Below, piece by piece: positions 33,551-41,061 of a stretch of DNA of 43,148 nucleotides. The notes under the pieces are model-generated. The model did not search any database. It was not told the origin of the DNA and saw only the letters and a list, made by a program, of their open reading frames with translations. Both the position numbers and the translations under genes were made by a program. Numbering within the stretch: the stretch's first letter is position 1; the number at the start of each line of letters is the position of its first letter. This DNA comes from a virus. Where the stretch lies: IMG/VR virus record IMGVR_UViG_3300033997_000066, positions 1-43,148 of that record, one strand, 5' to 3'.

Positions 33551-33951
33551 TAGCTGAACCTCTTAAGCTGCAGGGTGAATTCCTGTTTGCGCGGCAAGCC
33601 TTCGGCCGCGAACGTGGCCTGCTTTTCATCCACGGATTCGATGACCCACCGCCCCATGATGCCGCCCTGGCCGCTGACCATCAGCTGCGGCACGCCTCGA
33701 CCAGCCAGGCCGCGCATCTGGTTCAGCTGGGCAAAGCCGCCCCGATACTCGGGATAGATGACGCCGGCCAGGGTCATGGCGTCTTCGCCTGGTCCGGTGA
33801 ACTGCAGGCCAGGCAGGCGGCCGTACAGGTCTTGCTGCGCCCAGCGGTAAGCAGTGCGCCGGCTCAGCTCCTGGTAGGCCGCCGTGGTGATGCTGAACTG
33901 GAAGCTGCCCAGCTGCATCATCACGCTGGCGCCCATGCGATAGCCAATCAT
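33550..33951 (-). CDS. Tail protein U (P2 gpU-like)
   Basis: 133 aa. MMQLGSFQFS..TAAYQEL.R...YRWA.Q...GR.P.LQFTG.G.D..TL.G. The start at 33951 is coupled to the tape measure stop (ATGA). An alternative Met lies 10 codons downstream. Confidence 0.85.
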   Translation of the reverse strand: MIGYRMGASVMMQLGSFQFSITTAAYQELSRRTAYRWAQQDLYGRLPGLQFTGPGEDAMTLAGVIYPEYRGGFAQLNQMRGLAGRGVPQLMVSGQGGIMGRWVIESVDEKQATFAAEGLPRKQEFTLQLKRFS

Positions 33952-36224
33952 TGTGCGGTCGCCCCGTCAGTCATGGCGCTGCGCTGTTTGATTTTGCGCT
34001 GGCGCTCTTGTTCTTCTGCGATCCGGCGCGCCAGGTCGCGGTTACTCTCACCAGGCTGCTGGACAATCTGGTAACTGTTCTGGCTGTTGTCGGTGTAGTT
34101 GCCGGCCTGGCCCTTGGCGGTTGCCATGGCTGGCTGCGGCAGGGCAGGCGCACCAGGCGCAGCTGCTGCAGCTGGCTGTTCCTCGCCGCCGAAAAATTCC
34201 TTGGTGGCCTGCCAGGCGCCGCCGATGCCGTTGCCTACGGCGTTCTTGAACGCCACGGCCTTGTCGGCAATGCCGCCGATATTGTTGGCCACCCAGGTCA
34301 GGCCCTGAATCAGCAGCTGCATGGGCGTCAGCACGAAGTTAATGCCTGCCGCCAGCGCCTCGCCGAACGTCTTGCCGGCCGCGCCAGCCTTGCCCAGTTC
34401 GTCCTGCGTGTACTGCACCGGGCCAAGCAGGCTGGTGAACCACTGCCAGGCGGTCTGCACTGCGCTGCCGATCATGCTGAACAGCGGGTGGATGGGCTGC
34501 AGCGCCTGCCAGAAGTCGCGGAAGGTCTGCACCACCGGCTGCAGTCCGGCTTGCAGGCCAGTCAGAATGCCCCCCATGAACGCCTGCACGCCGTCCCAGT
34601 GCCTGTAGATCATGGTGCCAGCCAAGGCCAGGCCAGCCACGGCAGCGCCGACGCCGGTAGACACGAACGCCATGCCGATGGCGCGGACGCCGGCCGCTAC
34701 AGCTGGCATCGCGGTGGATGCCATGACCATGCCGGCCCGCAGCCTGGTGAAGGTTGCGACCACCTGCAGGGCTCCACCCTTCAGGAAGGTGAAGGCGTAG
34801 GCCGATGCCAGGGTGGCAACCCGCAGGCCGACCAGGGCAACAGCGGTTCCCACCACCGCCTTGGTCAAAGCCGGGTGCTCGCGCGCGAAGTCGGCCATCA
34901 CGCTGACAATTGGCGCGAAGGCGCCGAACACGCTGTTGACGGCAGGCAGCAGGACGAACCCGAAGTTGACCGCCAGTTCCTCGGTGCGGTTCTTCATGAT
35001 CTGCCATTGCGCGTTCGTGGTCTGCAGGCGCGCTGCAAACTCGCGCGACATGCTGCCCTTGGCTGCGGCGCTGTTGGCCATTTCCAGCTGCTTGCGGAAT
35101 TCCCCGGTGTTGTTCGCCAGCTTCGCCATGGTGTCGGCGTGCTCCAGTCCGACCAGCTCGACCATGACGCCCAGCTGGTCTTCCTTCGGCAGCTTGCCGA
35201 TGGCATCCATCACTTTAAGGATGGTCTGGCCGGCATCCTTCTGCATGCCCTTCTGCACGTCGGACACGCTCAGGCCGATTTGCTTCATGGCGGCGTGGAA
35301 TTTCTTGGTGCCCTTATCGGCCGCCGCGAACTTGGCGAACATGGCGTTGGTCGCGGTGCTCGCGGTTTCGGAACGCTCGCCCAGCGTCAGCAGGGTGGAA
35401 CCCAGCGCAGCCATGTCCTTAGCGCCGATCTTGACGGCAGACGCAGCGCCACCAGTTCGGGTCAGGAAGTCGATAATATCGCTACCCTTCGAAATGGCGT
35501 TGTCGTCCAGGTAGTTCACGGCGTCGGCCAGGTCGCCGATTGCGGGAATCGGGATTTTGAACAGACCGGCAATCTTGCCCATGTTGTCTGCCAGCTCTCC
35601 GGCCGGAAGCTCGAATGCATCAGCCATCATCGCAGCCGTGCGAGTGAACTCCAGAATGTCATCCTTGGCCACGCCCATGCGCGAACCAGCGGTGACCATT
35701 GCCGCCAGGTCGTTGGTGGCCAGCGGGATTTCGCGGCCCAGCTGCTGGATGGCCTTGCCCATGTCGTAGTAAACCTGGGTCAGCTGGCCGTTCTTGTCGC
35801 GCGCGCCTTCCACCTGCTTGGCCACGCCAAGCATTGCGGTTTCGAACTGGGCGGCTTTGACGATGGGCGCAGCAGCGGTGGCACCCAGCGCCACCGTGTC
35901 GAACATTTGCCCGCGAAGGTCAGCGCGTCGCTGTGCGTTGGCCTGCTGCGCAGACTCTACGCGGCGCAGGCTTTCATGGGCTGCACGCAGCTTGTCCACC
36001 TGCGCTGTCAGGGTAGCGTACCGGGCGCGCAGGCCGTCCACGTTCTTGCCCATTTCGCCGAACGTGCGAATGGAAGTTGTCAGCAGTCGCTGTTCGGTTT
36101 CCAGGCGGCGCAGGGCAGAGCCGACCTGGCCAACCTGGCCTTTGATATCACCGAAGGCAGCACGCAAGCTGCTTGCGACTGCACCACCGATTTGGATTGT
36201 CGCACTCAGGCGCTTGTTAGCCAT
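33948..36224 (-). CDS. Tail tape measure protein
   Basis: 758 aa. N-terminal coiled coil, central Ala/Gly-rich hydrophobic helices, and position after E/E'. Confidence 0.9.
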   Translation of the reverse strand: MANKRLSATIQIGGAVASSLRAAFGDIKGQVGQVGSALRRLETEQRLLTTSIRTFGEMGKNVDGLRARYATLTAQVDKLRAAHESLRRVESAQQANAQRRADLRGQMFDTVALGATAAAPIVKAAQFETAMLGVAKQVEGARDKNGQLTQVYYDMGKAIQQLGREIPLATNDLAAMVTAGSRMGVAKDDILEFTRTAAMMADAFELPAGELADNMGKIAGLFKIPIPAIGDLADAVNYLDDNAISKGSDIIDFLTRTGGAASAVKIGAKDMAALGSTLLTLGERSETASTATNAMFAKFAAADKGTKKFHAAMKQIGLSVSDVQKGMQKDAGQTILKVMDAIGKLPKEDQLGVMVELVGLEHADTMAKLANNTGEFRKQLEMANSAAAKGSMSREFAARLQTTNAQWQIMKNRTEELAVNFGFVLLPAVNSVFGAFAPIVSVMADFAREHPALTKAVVGTAVALVGLRVATLASAYAFTFLKGGALQVVATFTRLRAGMVMASTAMPAVAAGVRAIGMAFVSTGVGAAVAGLALAGTMIYRHWDGVQAFMGGILTGLQAGLQPVVQTFRDFWQALQPIHPLFSMIGSAVQTAWQWFTSLLGPVQYTQDELGKAGAAGKTFGEALAAGINFVLTPMQLLIQGLTWVANNIGGIADKAVAFKNAVGNGIGGAWQATKEFFGGEEQPAAAAAPGAPALPQPAMATAKGQAGNYTDNSQNSYQIVQQPGESNRDLARRIAEEQERQRKIKQRSAMTDGATAQ

Positions 36225-36635
36225 CTGCTTTCGGTAATCCGTCCAAGTACCAAAGGAACTGGGACGTTCTCAGCCCCATGATTTCCGCGAGTGACCAGCC
36301 TGTGTGGCTGGCCAGTGCTAGAACGCCCGCGCGGACGTATTTGCGCTCTAGTCGATGAAACCCCGGTAAGCGGTCTGCAGCCGCATGAAGTCGCGCAGTG
36401 GCATCTGGCGCAGGTCTTCGGGCGACAGGTCGCACAGGTTGGCGAACGCATGGATTTCACGCGAAGCGTCGGTGCCGCTCATTTCGGAAACAGCTTCCTG
36501 GTCGCGCACAGTCGGTTCGCGCATGCGCACAACGGACTGCTTCATGTTGTTCAGTTCAGCGGGGCGCGACAGGGTAATGTCAGCGCTGCCGTCGTCGTTG
36601 TACTTCAGCCACTCGGGTTGCTTCGCTTTCGCCAT
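36217..36635 (-). CDS. Tail assembly chaperone E+E' (-1 frameshift product)
   Basis: The E frame reads ..QTAYRGF at the slippery G_GGT_TTC. A -1 slip continues HRLERKYVRAGVLALASHTGWSLAEIMGLRTSQFLWYLDGLPKADG to the stop at 36217. This matches the track ORF 36217..36435. Confidence 0.75.
36348..36635 (-). CDS. Tail assembly chaperone E (P2 gpE-like)
   Basis: 95 aa located between the tube and tape measure genes. REPTVRDQEAVSEMSG...LC.LSPEDL..MPLRDF..LQ is gpE-like. Confidence 0.85.
   Translation of the reverse strand: MAKAKQPEWLKYNDDGSADITLSRPAELNNMKQSVVRMREPTVRDQEAVSEMSGTDASREIHAFANLCDLSPEDLRQMPLRDFMRLQTAYRGFID
36357..36363 (-). promoter_or_regulatory. Slippery heptamer GGGTTTC (X_XXY_YYZ) for the E/E' -1 frameshift
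   Basis: Plus strand reads gaaaccc. In the E frame it reads G GGT TTC, three codons before the E stop. Confidence 0.7.
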
Positions 36636-36670
36636 GTTGATTCACCTGCAAATGATTTCTGGTTTGGGGA

Positions 36671-36692
36671 AAGGCCGGTCTTCGCCGGCCTT
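36671..36692 (-). terminator. Stem-loop after the tail tube gene (weak or no U-tract; attenuator or stabiliser)
   Basis: Minus strand reads AAGGCCGG-CGAAGA-CCGGCCTT followed by TCCCCAAACC. Confidence 0.35.
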
Positions 36693-36699
36693 GTGGTGC

Positions 36700-37206
36700 T
36701 TAAAGGCCCAGTGCGCGGCGCATGGCCGCCAGCACGTCGATGCCGTTGATGACGCGAACCATGTTTTCGGCGTCCACTTCGTGGATAGTGCGGCCGTCGT
36801 GCGTCAGTTTGTAGTAGGTCAGGGTCATGGTGGCCTTGAGCAACGGCATTTCGCCAGGCTTGCTGGTGCCTGGGTCCAGCTCGGTAATCTTGCCGCGCAT
36901 GTTGTGCACCACGGCCTTGGTGGTGCCGTCGAACGACTCCAGGCCCTCGCGCACGGTCAGCGGCACGACACTGCCAGCAGCCAGGCCGAACAGCGCCAGC
37001 ACGTCGCGGTCGAAGGCGAACAGGCTGAAGTCGCAGACCATCTTCTGCATGCCCATGGTCACGTCGATTGGCACGTCCATGCCGCCAGCGCGAAATTCTT
37101 CCTCAACGGTCGCCAGCTTGGGCGCGTTGAATTCGCTGACCTGGCCGGCGTAGCCCCGGCCATCCACGGACAGAGTAAAGTTTTTCCGAACGTCGCGAGC
37201 GGCCAT
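36700..37206 (-). CDS. Major tail tube protein (P2 FII-like)
   Basis: 168 aa. The pattern is F.L.VDGRGYAGQV.EF..PKL...EEFRAGGMD.P......GM.K... Confidence 0.9.
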   Translation of the reverse strand: MAARDVRKNFTLSVDGRGYAGQVSEFNAPKLATVEEEFRAGGMDVPIDVTMGMQKMVCDFSLFAFDRDVLALFGLAAGSVVPLTVREGLESFDGTTKAVVHNMRGKITELDPGTSKPGEMPLLKATMTLTYYKLTHDGRTIHEVDAENMVRVINGIDVLAAMRRALGL

Positions 37207-38642
37207 TATTCGAAAATCTCCGTGATGTAGTCGTTAACGATACGGCTTCGCATGATGATGTGTTCGGCCGGATAAACAGGGGTGAAATCAAAGTCGAAGT
37301 ATACCTTACCCTGCGCGATCTGGTCAGGCGTGTTCACGTCAGGGTCAGCCCAGCAGGTGCCGCCCAGGATGGCGCCGATGGTCACCAGGTGGCGCAGGTA
37401 GGCGTTCACGCCTTCCACCACGTCTTCCACGTACTGCTTGGTGATACCACGGTCCACGGCCCACAGGTGGTTCGCCATGATGCTGTCGTTGATGATGTCA
37501 GCAGTACGGCGCACGCACAGGAAGGCAAAGCGCTGGTCACTCGACAGCGTGCGGTTGCCCCACAGGCGGAAACCGTCTTCGCGAATGATGGTCGCAACCT
37601 TCATTTCGTTCAGCAGGTTGGCGCGTGCGTTCGCATCTCCCAGCGTGAAGTCGATAGGGCGCGCGGTGCCCTGGATGCCGTTGATGGTCTGGTTGGAAGG
37701 CGACCACCAGAACCCGCGCTCGTTGTCGATCTTGGCAATCAGACCGGCGACAGCAGGGCTGGCCCACTCGGTGACGGTCGTGCCGGTGCTGTCGGTCTTG
37801 ATGACCTTGGGGTCAACCAGGTACACGCGAGCACTGCCGAAGTCGCCAGCGTAGCCGATGGCGTCGGCGTCGTTGGTGTTCGGACCATCGGCGATGATGA
37901 CGGCGCGCAGGCGCTCGGCAATGCCGATCAGCTCGGCCACCACGGCGTTGCCGACGATGCCGAACGATGCAGTGGCCGCAGCCCCGGTGCCGCCACCGCC
38001 AGTAAGGGCGACGGTCGGCGCGCTGGTGTAGCCGCTGCCGGCCTTGGTCACGCGAATGCTGGTGACCTTGCCAGCATTGGCACCAGTGCCCAGGACGGCT
38101 TCAGCGGTGGCGCCAGTTCCACCACCACCGGTCAGGGCGACAGCCGGGGCAGTGGTATAACCGGTGCCCTGGTTGGTCATGGTGATGGCGGTAACGCCAC
38201 CGGCCACGCGGGTGTGCGTGAAGCCAGGCGCCAGCAGGATGCGAGGCTGGAAGCCCACCACCGACTTGGCTCCCAGGAATGCGTGCACGCCTTCGTACTG
38301 GCCATTCACGGCGTTGACGCCGCCCAGGATGTTGGCCAGGGTTTCGGCGTCGGTTTCGCCTTCCTCGACGCGAACGACGATGACCACGGCGCCGGCCTGG
38401 TCAAAGATGCCATCCATGGCAGCAGGCAGGGTGCCTTCGCCAGTGCCCAGCAGGTCCAGTTTCGCGGCCTCACGACGGCTGCCGGCGATCAGAACAGGGG
38501 TGTTCAGCGGGAACGCCGAAGCGTCCGCGTTAGGTGCGGTGCCGATCAGACCGATTACGCTGGAACGAACGGTGGAAATCGGGCGTGGTCCAGCGTCGAT
38601 TTCGATAACCTCGACGCCATGAAGAAAAGTTTCGCCAGCCAT
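37206..38642 (-). CDS. Contractile tail sheath protein (P2 FI-like) with an ~80-aa internal insertion
   Basis: 478 aa. N-terminus: [30 protein letters not shown]-terminal part: ..[15 protein letters not shown]. Confidence 0.95.
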   Translation of the reverse strand: MAGETFLHGVEVIEIDAGPRPISTVRSSVIGLIGTAPNADASAFPLNTPVLIAGSRREAAKLDLLGTGEGTLPAAMDGIFDQAGAVVIVVRVEEGETDAETLANILGGVNAVNGQYEGVHAFLGAKSVVGFQPRILLAPGFTHTRVAGGVTAITMTNQGTGYTTAPAVALTGGGGTGATAEAVLGTGANAGKVTSIRVTKAGSGYTSAPTVALTGGGGTGAAATASFGIVGNAVVAELIGIAERLRAVIIADGPNTNDADAIGYAGDFGSARVYLVDPKVIKTDSTGTTVTEWASPAVAGLIAKIDNERGFWWSPSNQTINGIQGTARPIDFTLGDANARANLLNEMKVATIIREDGFRLWGNRTLSSDQRFAFLCVRRTADIINDSIMANHLWAVDRGITKQYVEDVVEGVNAYLRHLVTIGAILGGTCWADPDVNTPDQIAQGKVYFDFDFTPVYPAEHIIMRSRIVNDYITEIFE

Positions 38643-38711
38643 GTTGTGTGGGCCTCGATAGACGCAGGATTAGGAAGCGTGCCGGAATGTTCGCAGCTGG
38701 CGCGGCGCGGT

Positions 38712-38729
38712 TCCTCTTGGGCTTTTTCC
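38712..38729 (-). repeat. 18-mer GGAAAAAGCCCAAGAGGA, intergenic copy upstream of the sheath gene
   Basis: Plus strand reads tcctcttgggctttttcc. It starts 5 nt downstream (minus sense) of the terminator U-tract and ends 69 nt upstream of the sheath ATG. Confidence 0.95.
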
Positions 38730-38734
38730 AAGCA

Positions 38735-38759
38735 TAAAAAAGCCGCCCCGAAGGGCGGC
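38735..38759 (-). terminator. Strong intrinsic terminator after the tail fibre genes
   Basis: Minus strand reads GCCGCCC-TTCG-GGGCGGC followed by TTTTTTAT. Confidence 0.8.
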
Positions 38760-38777
38760 AAGCAGGCGTGCGGTGTG

Positions 38778-39443
38778 TCAGGTCTTGATGATGTGATTCA
38801 GCACTATGGTGGGCTGCGTGTTGTTGTGCGCGCCGCCGCCGCCAGCATTCTGGATGCTGATGCCGGTGCCGGCAGCATAGATGCCAATGCCGGTGCCAGC
38901 GGCCGCAATGCTGATGCCAGTGCCGCTTACGCTAGTGCTGCCGGTCAGGTGGTTGTTCGCCGTGCCAACCTGCGAGCCTTGCCCGTTGGCGACGCTTACG
39001 CGGTCATAGGTGTGCGAGTGGCCAGGGTCATAGACGCCGTGCGCGTGGCCTGGGTCGTATACGGTGTGCGCGTGGGTCGGGTCACTGACGCCGTGCGCGT
39101 GCAAAGGCATCTGCGGCACAGTCAGCGCGTGGGTTTCAGCACCACCAGCGGCGCCAAGCGTGGCACCGTTGACGCCGGAAGCGCCTGCGGCCAGTCGGCT
39201 GGCGGCCGTGCCTCCCATGTTGTCTTTGCCGGCCGCCACTCGGCCGCGCAGGTCAGGAAGGTTGAACGTGGTGGAGCCGTCGCCAGAGCCATAGGTGGTG
39301 CCGACGACCGCGAACAGGTGGGCATGTGCCGTGCGACTTACCGCCTGTCCATGGCAAAGCATCCAGCCATCAGGTGCGACAGCGCCAGCAAACGGCAGCA
39401 CCACACCACAAAGGCCGAAGATAGATTGTGTCGCTCGACTCAT
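38778..39443 (-). CDS. Tail-collar domain fibre protein (MdpB-like) with an HxH repeat
   Basis: 221 aa from ATG 39443 (ATGA overlap with the upstream stop). The collar motif is PDGWMLCHGQAVSRT.HA.LFAVVGTTYG.GDGSTTFNLPDLRGR. The His repeat is HAHGVSDPTHAHTVYDPGHAHGVYDPGHSH. The longer track ORF is rejected. Confidence 0.8.
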   Translation of the reverse strand: MSRATQSIFGLCGVVLPFAGAVAPDGWMLCHGQAVSRTAHAHLFAVVGTTYGSGDGSTTFNLPDLRGRVAAGKDNMGGTAASRLAAGASGVNGATLGAAGGAETHALTVPQMPLHAHGVSDPTHAHTVYDPGHAHGVYDPGHSHTYDRVSVANGQGSQVGTANNHLTGSTSVSGTGISIAAAGTGIGIYAAGTGISIQNAGGGGAHNNTQPTIVLNHIIKT

Positions 39444-39646
39444 ACACTGGCGCCTCCATCGGCGTTTACTTGAATCCATTTCTTGCCGTCCCATCGGCGC
39501 CGGTATCCAGGGCGCGCGATGGGCGGCTTTCGGGTGATGCACCCGGCAGGAATCTGCCAGGTGCCGTCAATCAGTCTGTCTGCCATCGCTGGCCCAACCA
39601 GGAAGCCTTCGGCGTCCAGTTGGTAAACCTCTTTGTGCAGGTCCAT
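39440..39646 (-). CDS. Small protein at the P2 gpG position (possible fibre assembly/adaptor)
   Basis: 68 aa, starting 3 nt after the H-like stop. The call rests on position only. Confidence 0.35.
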   Translation of the reverse strand: MDLHKEVYQLDAEGFLVGPAMADRLIDGTWQIPAGCITRKPPIARPGYRRRWDGKKWIQVNADGGASV

Positions 39647-39649
39647 GTT

Positions 39650-41035
39650 TCACGCCTTGATGCAGTAAAGGAGGGCGACGTTTCGTGGGCGCGTTTCGCT
39701 TGCGAAGACGCCGCTTTCGCCAAACGTTGCGGTCTGCCAGTTGCCCGCGCCAGTCAGGGTCAGGTCGCCTTGCGACAAAGTACCCGCATCGTCGTTCAGA
39801 GACGTTACGCTCCCAGGGTTCAGAGACCTCGTGTTGATATAGTGGCTGTGAGTTTGCACCGCGAAGCCCTGCGCGGAGCCAAGTACACGGCCAGCATCAG
39901 CGCCGCGCCCGTCATCCAGGCCGCGAATGAACTCCCCTCGCAGGTCAGGCAGGTTGAACGTGGAACTGCCATCGCCAACGCCAAAGGTGGTTCCAATGGC
40001 GGCGAACAGCGCATTGTAAGTGGTTCGGCTCACGGCGCCGCCGTTGCACTTCAGCCATCCAGTAGGGGCTGTGGCGCAGGCGAACGCCTGCACGGCACCA
40101 GGCGGCGTCAGTTGGGCGCCGAGCGATGCAAGAACGGCTTTCAGCACTGCAGCGTCCACCACTTTGCCAGCGGTCCCCGCGTTGCCTTCGTCAGTGGTTG
40201 CCAGCTCAACCAGGCCGCGCTGTTCAGTCGTAGCGCTCGCGATCTGGTCAAGCGCCTCGTTTTGGTAGGCGTGGATGACCGAACCAGCAGGGTAAGCGCT
40301 TGTCAGGGTAATCTGCGCAGTGCCGGTGACGGCGTAGTCGATGGTTTCAATCAGGCGCACACCATCGACGTATACCGAAATGCCACTGGCATTGATCAGT
40401 GCGAAGTTCACCACGGTTTGACCGGCCGCGAGCGTCTGGCGCTCGGGGATAACGTCCACCAGCACATTCACGGCGTCAGAAGGGCTGCGCCACTGGAAAT
40501 CCTCATCAGTGTTCGTGCGCTTAGTAAGCACCTGGCCGGCCAGACCGCCAGCCACCTTGCTGCGCAGCAGGAACTGGGAAACCACCCACTGGCGCGACGC
40601 AAGCACAATGCTTGGATCAATCTTCAGCTGCACCACCGAAGCGTTCGACACTTCAATGATGATGCGCACCACCAGGTCGCGGCTTGCACCTTCGGACAGT
40701 TGCGGTTTGTACGTGTCAGGGAAGTTGCCAACCGCGATCAGTTGGCCGTCCACGTCATACAGGCCGACTTCGCGCACGGTCCATCCGCCAACGTCGGAAG
40801 GCACCACCAGCTCAGCGATGACGTAATTCGGGTTGGACGGATCAGTGCTAAGCTGATTCAGCTGAGCACGATAAACTTGGCGAACCAGGGCGGTCTGCCC
40901 CTGGTTCGGCGTAGTTGGGTTGCCGTTGCCATCGCCAAGGGCCATTTCGGTAAGCTGGATTTGCTGACCAAGCGCAACAGCGTTTGCGATTTTTGCCTGA
41001 CCGATGGTGGTCAAGATTGTGAAATAAGTAGCCAT
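39650..41035 (-). CDS. Tail fibre protein (P2 gpH-like N-terminus, C-terminal tail-collar domain)
   Basis: 461 aa. The N-terminus closely parallels P2 gpH: TILTTIGQAKIANA...L.EMALGDGNGNPTTP...QTALV..VYRA.LN....DP.NPNYVIAELVVPSDVGGWTVREVGLYDVDGQLIAVGNFPDTYKP. C-terminal collar motif: GW..CNGGAVSRTTYNALFAAIGTTFGVGDGSSTFNLPDLRGEF. Confidence 0.9.
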   Translation of the reverse strand: MATYFTILTTIGQAKIANAVALGQQIQLTEMALGDGNGNPTTPNQGQTALVRQVYRAQLNQLSTDPSNPNYVIAELVVPSDVGGWTVREVGLYDVDGQLIAVGNFPDTYKPQLSEGASRDLVVRIIIEVSNASVVQLKIDPSIVLASRQWVVSQFLLRSKVAGGLAGQVLTKRTNTDEDFQWRSPSDAVNVLVDVIPERQTLAAGQTVVNFALINASGISVYVDGVRLIETIDYAVTGTAQITLTSAYPAGSVIHAYQNEALDQIASATTEQRGLVELATTDEGNAGTAGKVVDAAVLKAVLASLGAQLTPPGAVQAFACATAPTGWLKCNGGAVSRTTYNALFAAIGTTFGVGDGSSTFNLPDLRGEFIRGLDDGRGADAGRVLGSAQGFAVQTHSHYINTRSLNPGSVTSLNDDAGTLSQGDLTLTGAGNWQTATFGESGVFASETRPRNVALLYCIKA

Positions 41036-41061
41036 TTCTATTTAGCCCTTGTCGTAATCGG

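Noticed and set aside
39010-39110. His-rich repeat read as a nucleotide tandem-repeat or assembly artefact
   Set aside because: The units differ at the nucleotide level and encode the HxH pattern known from phage fibre and collar proteins. It is a protein feature, not a VNTR.
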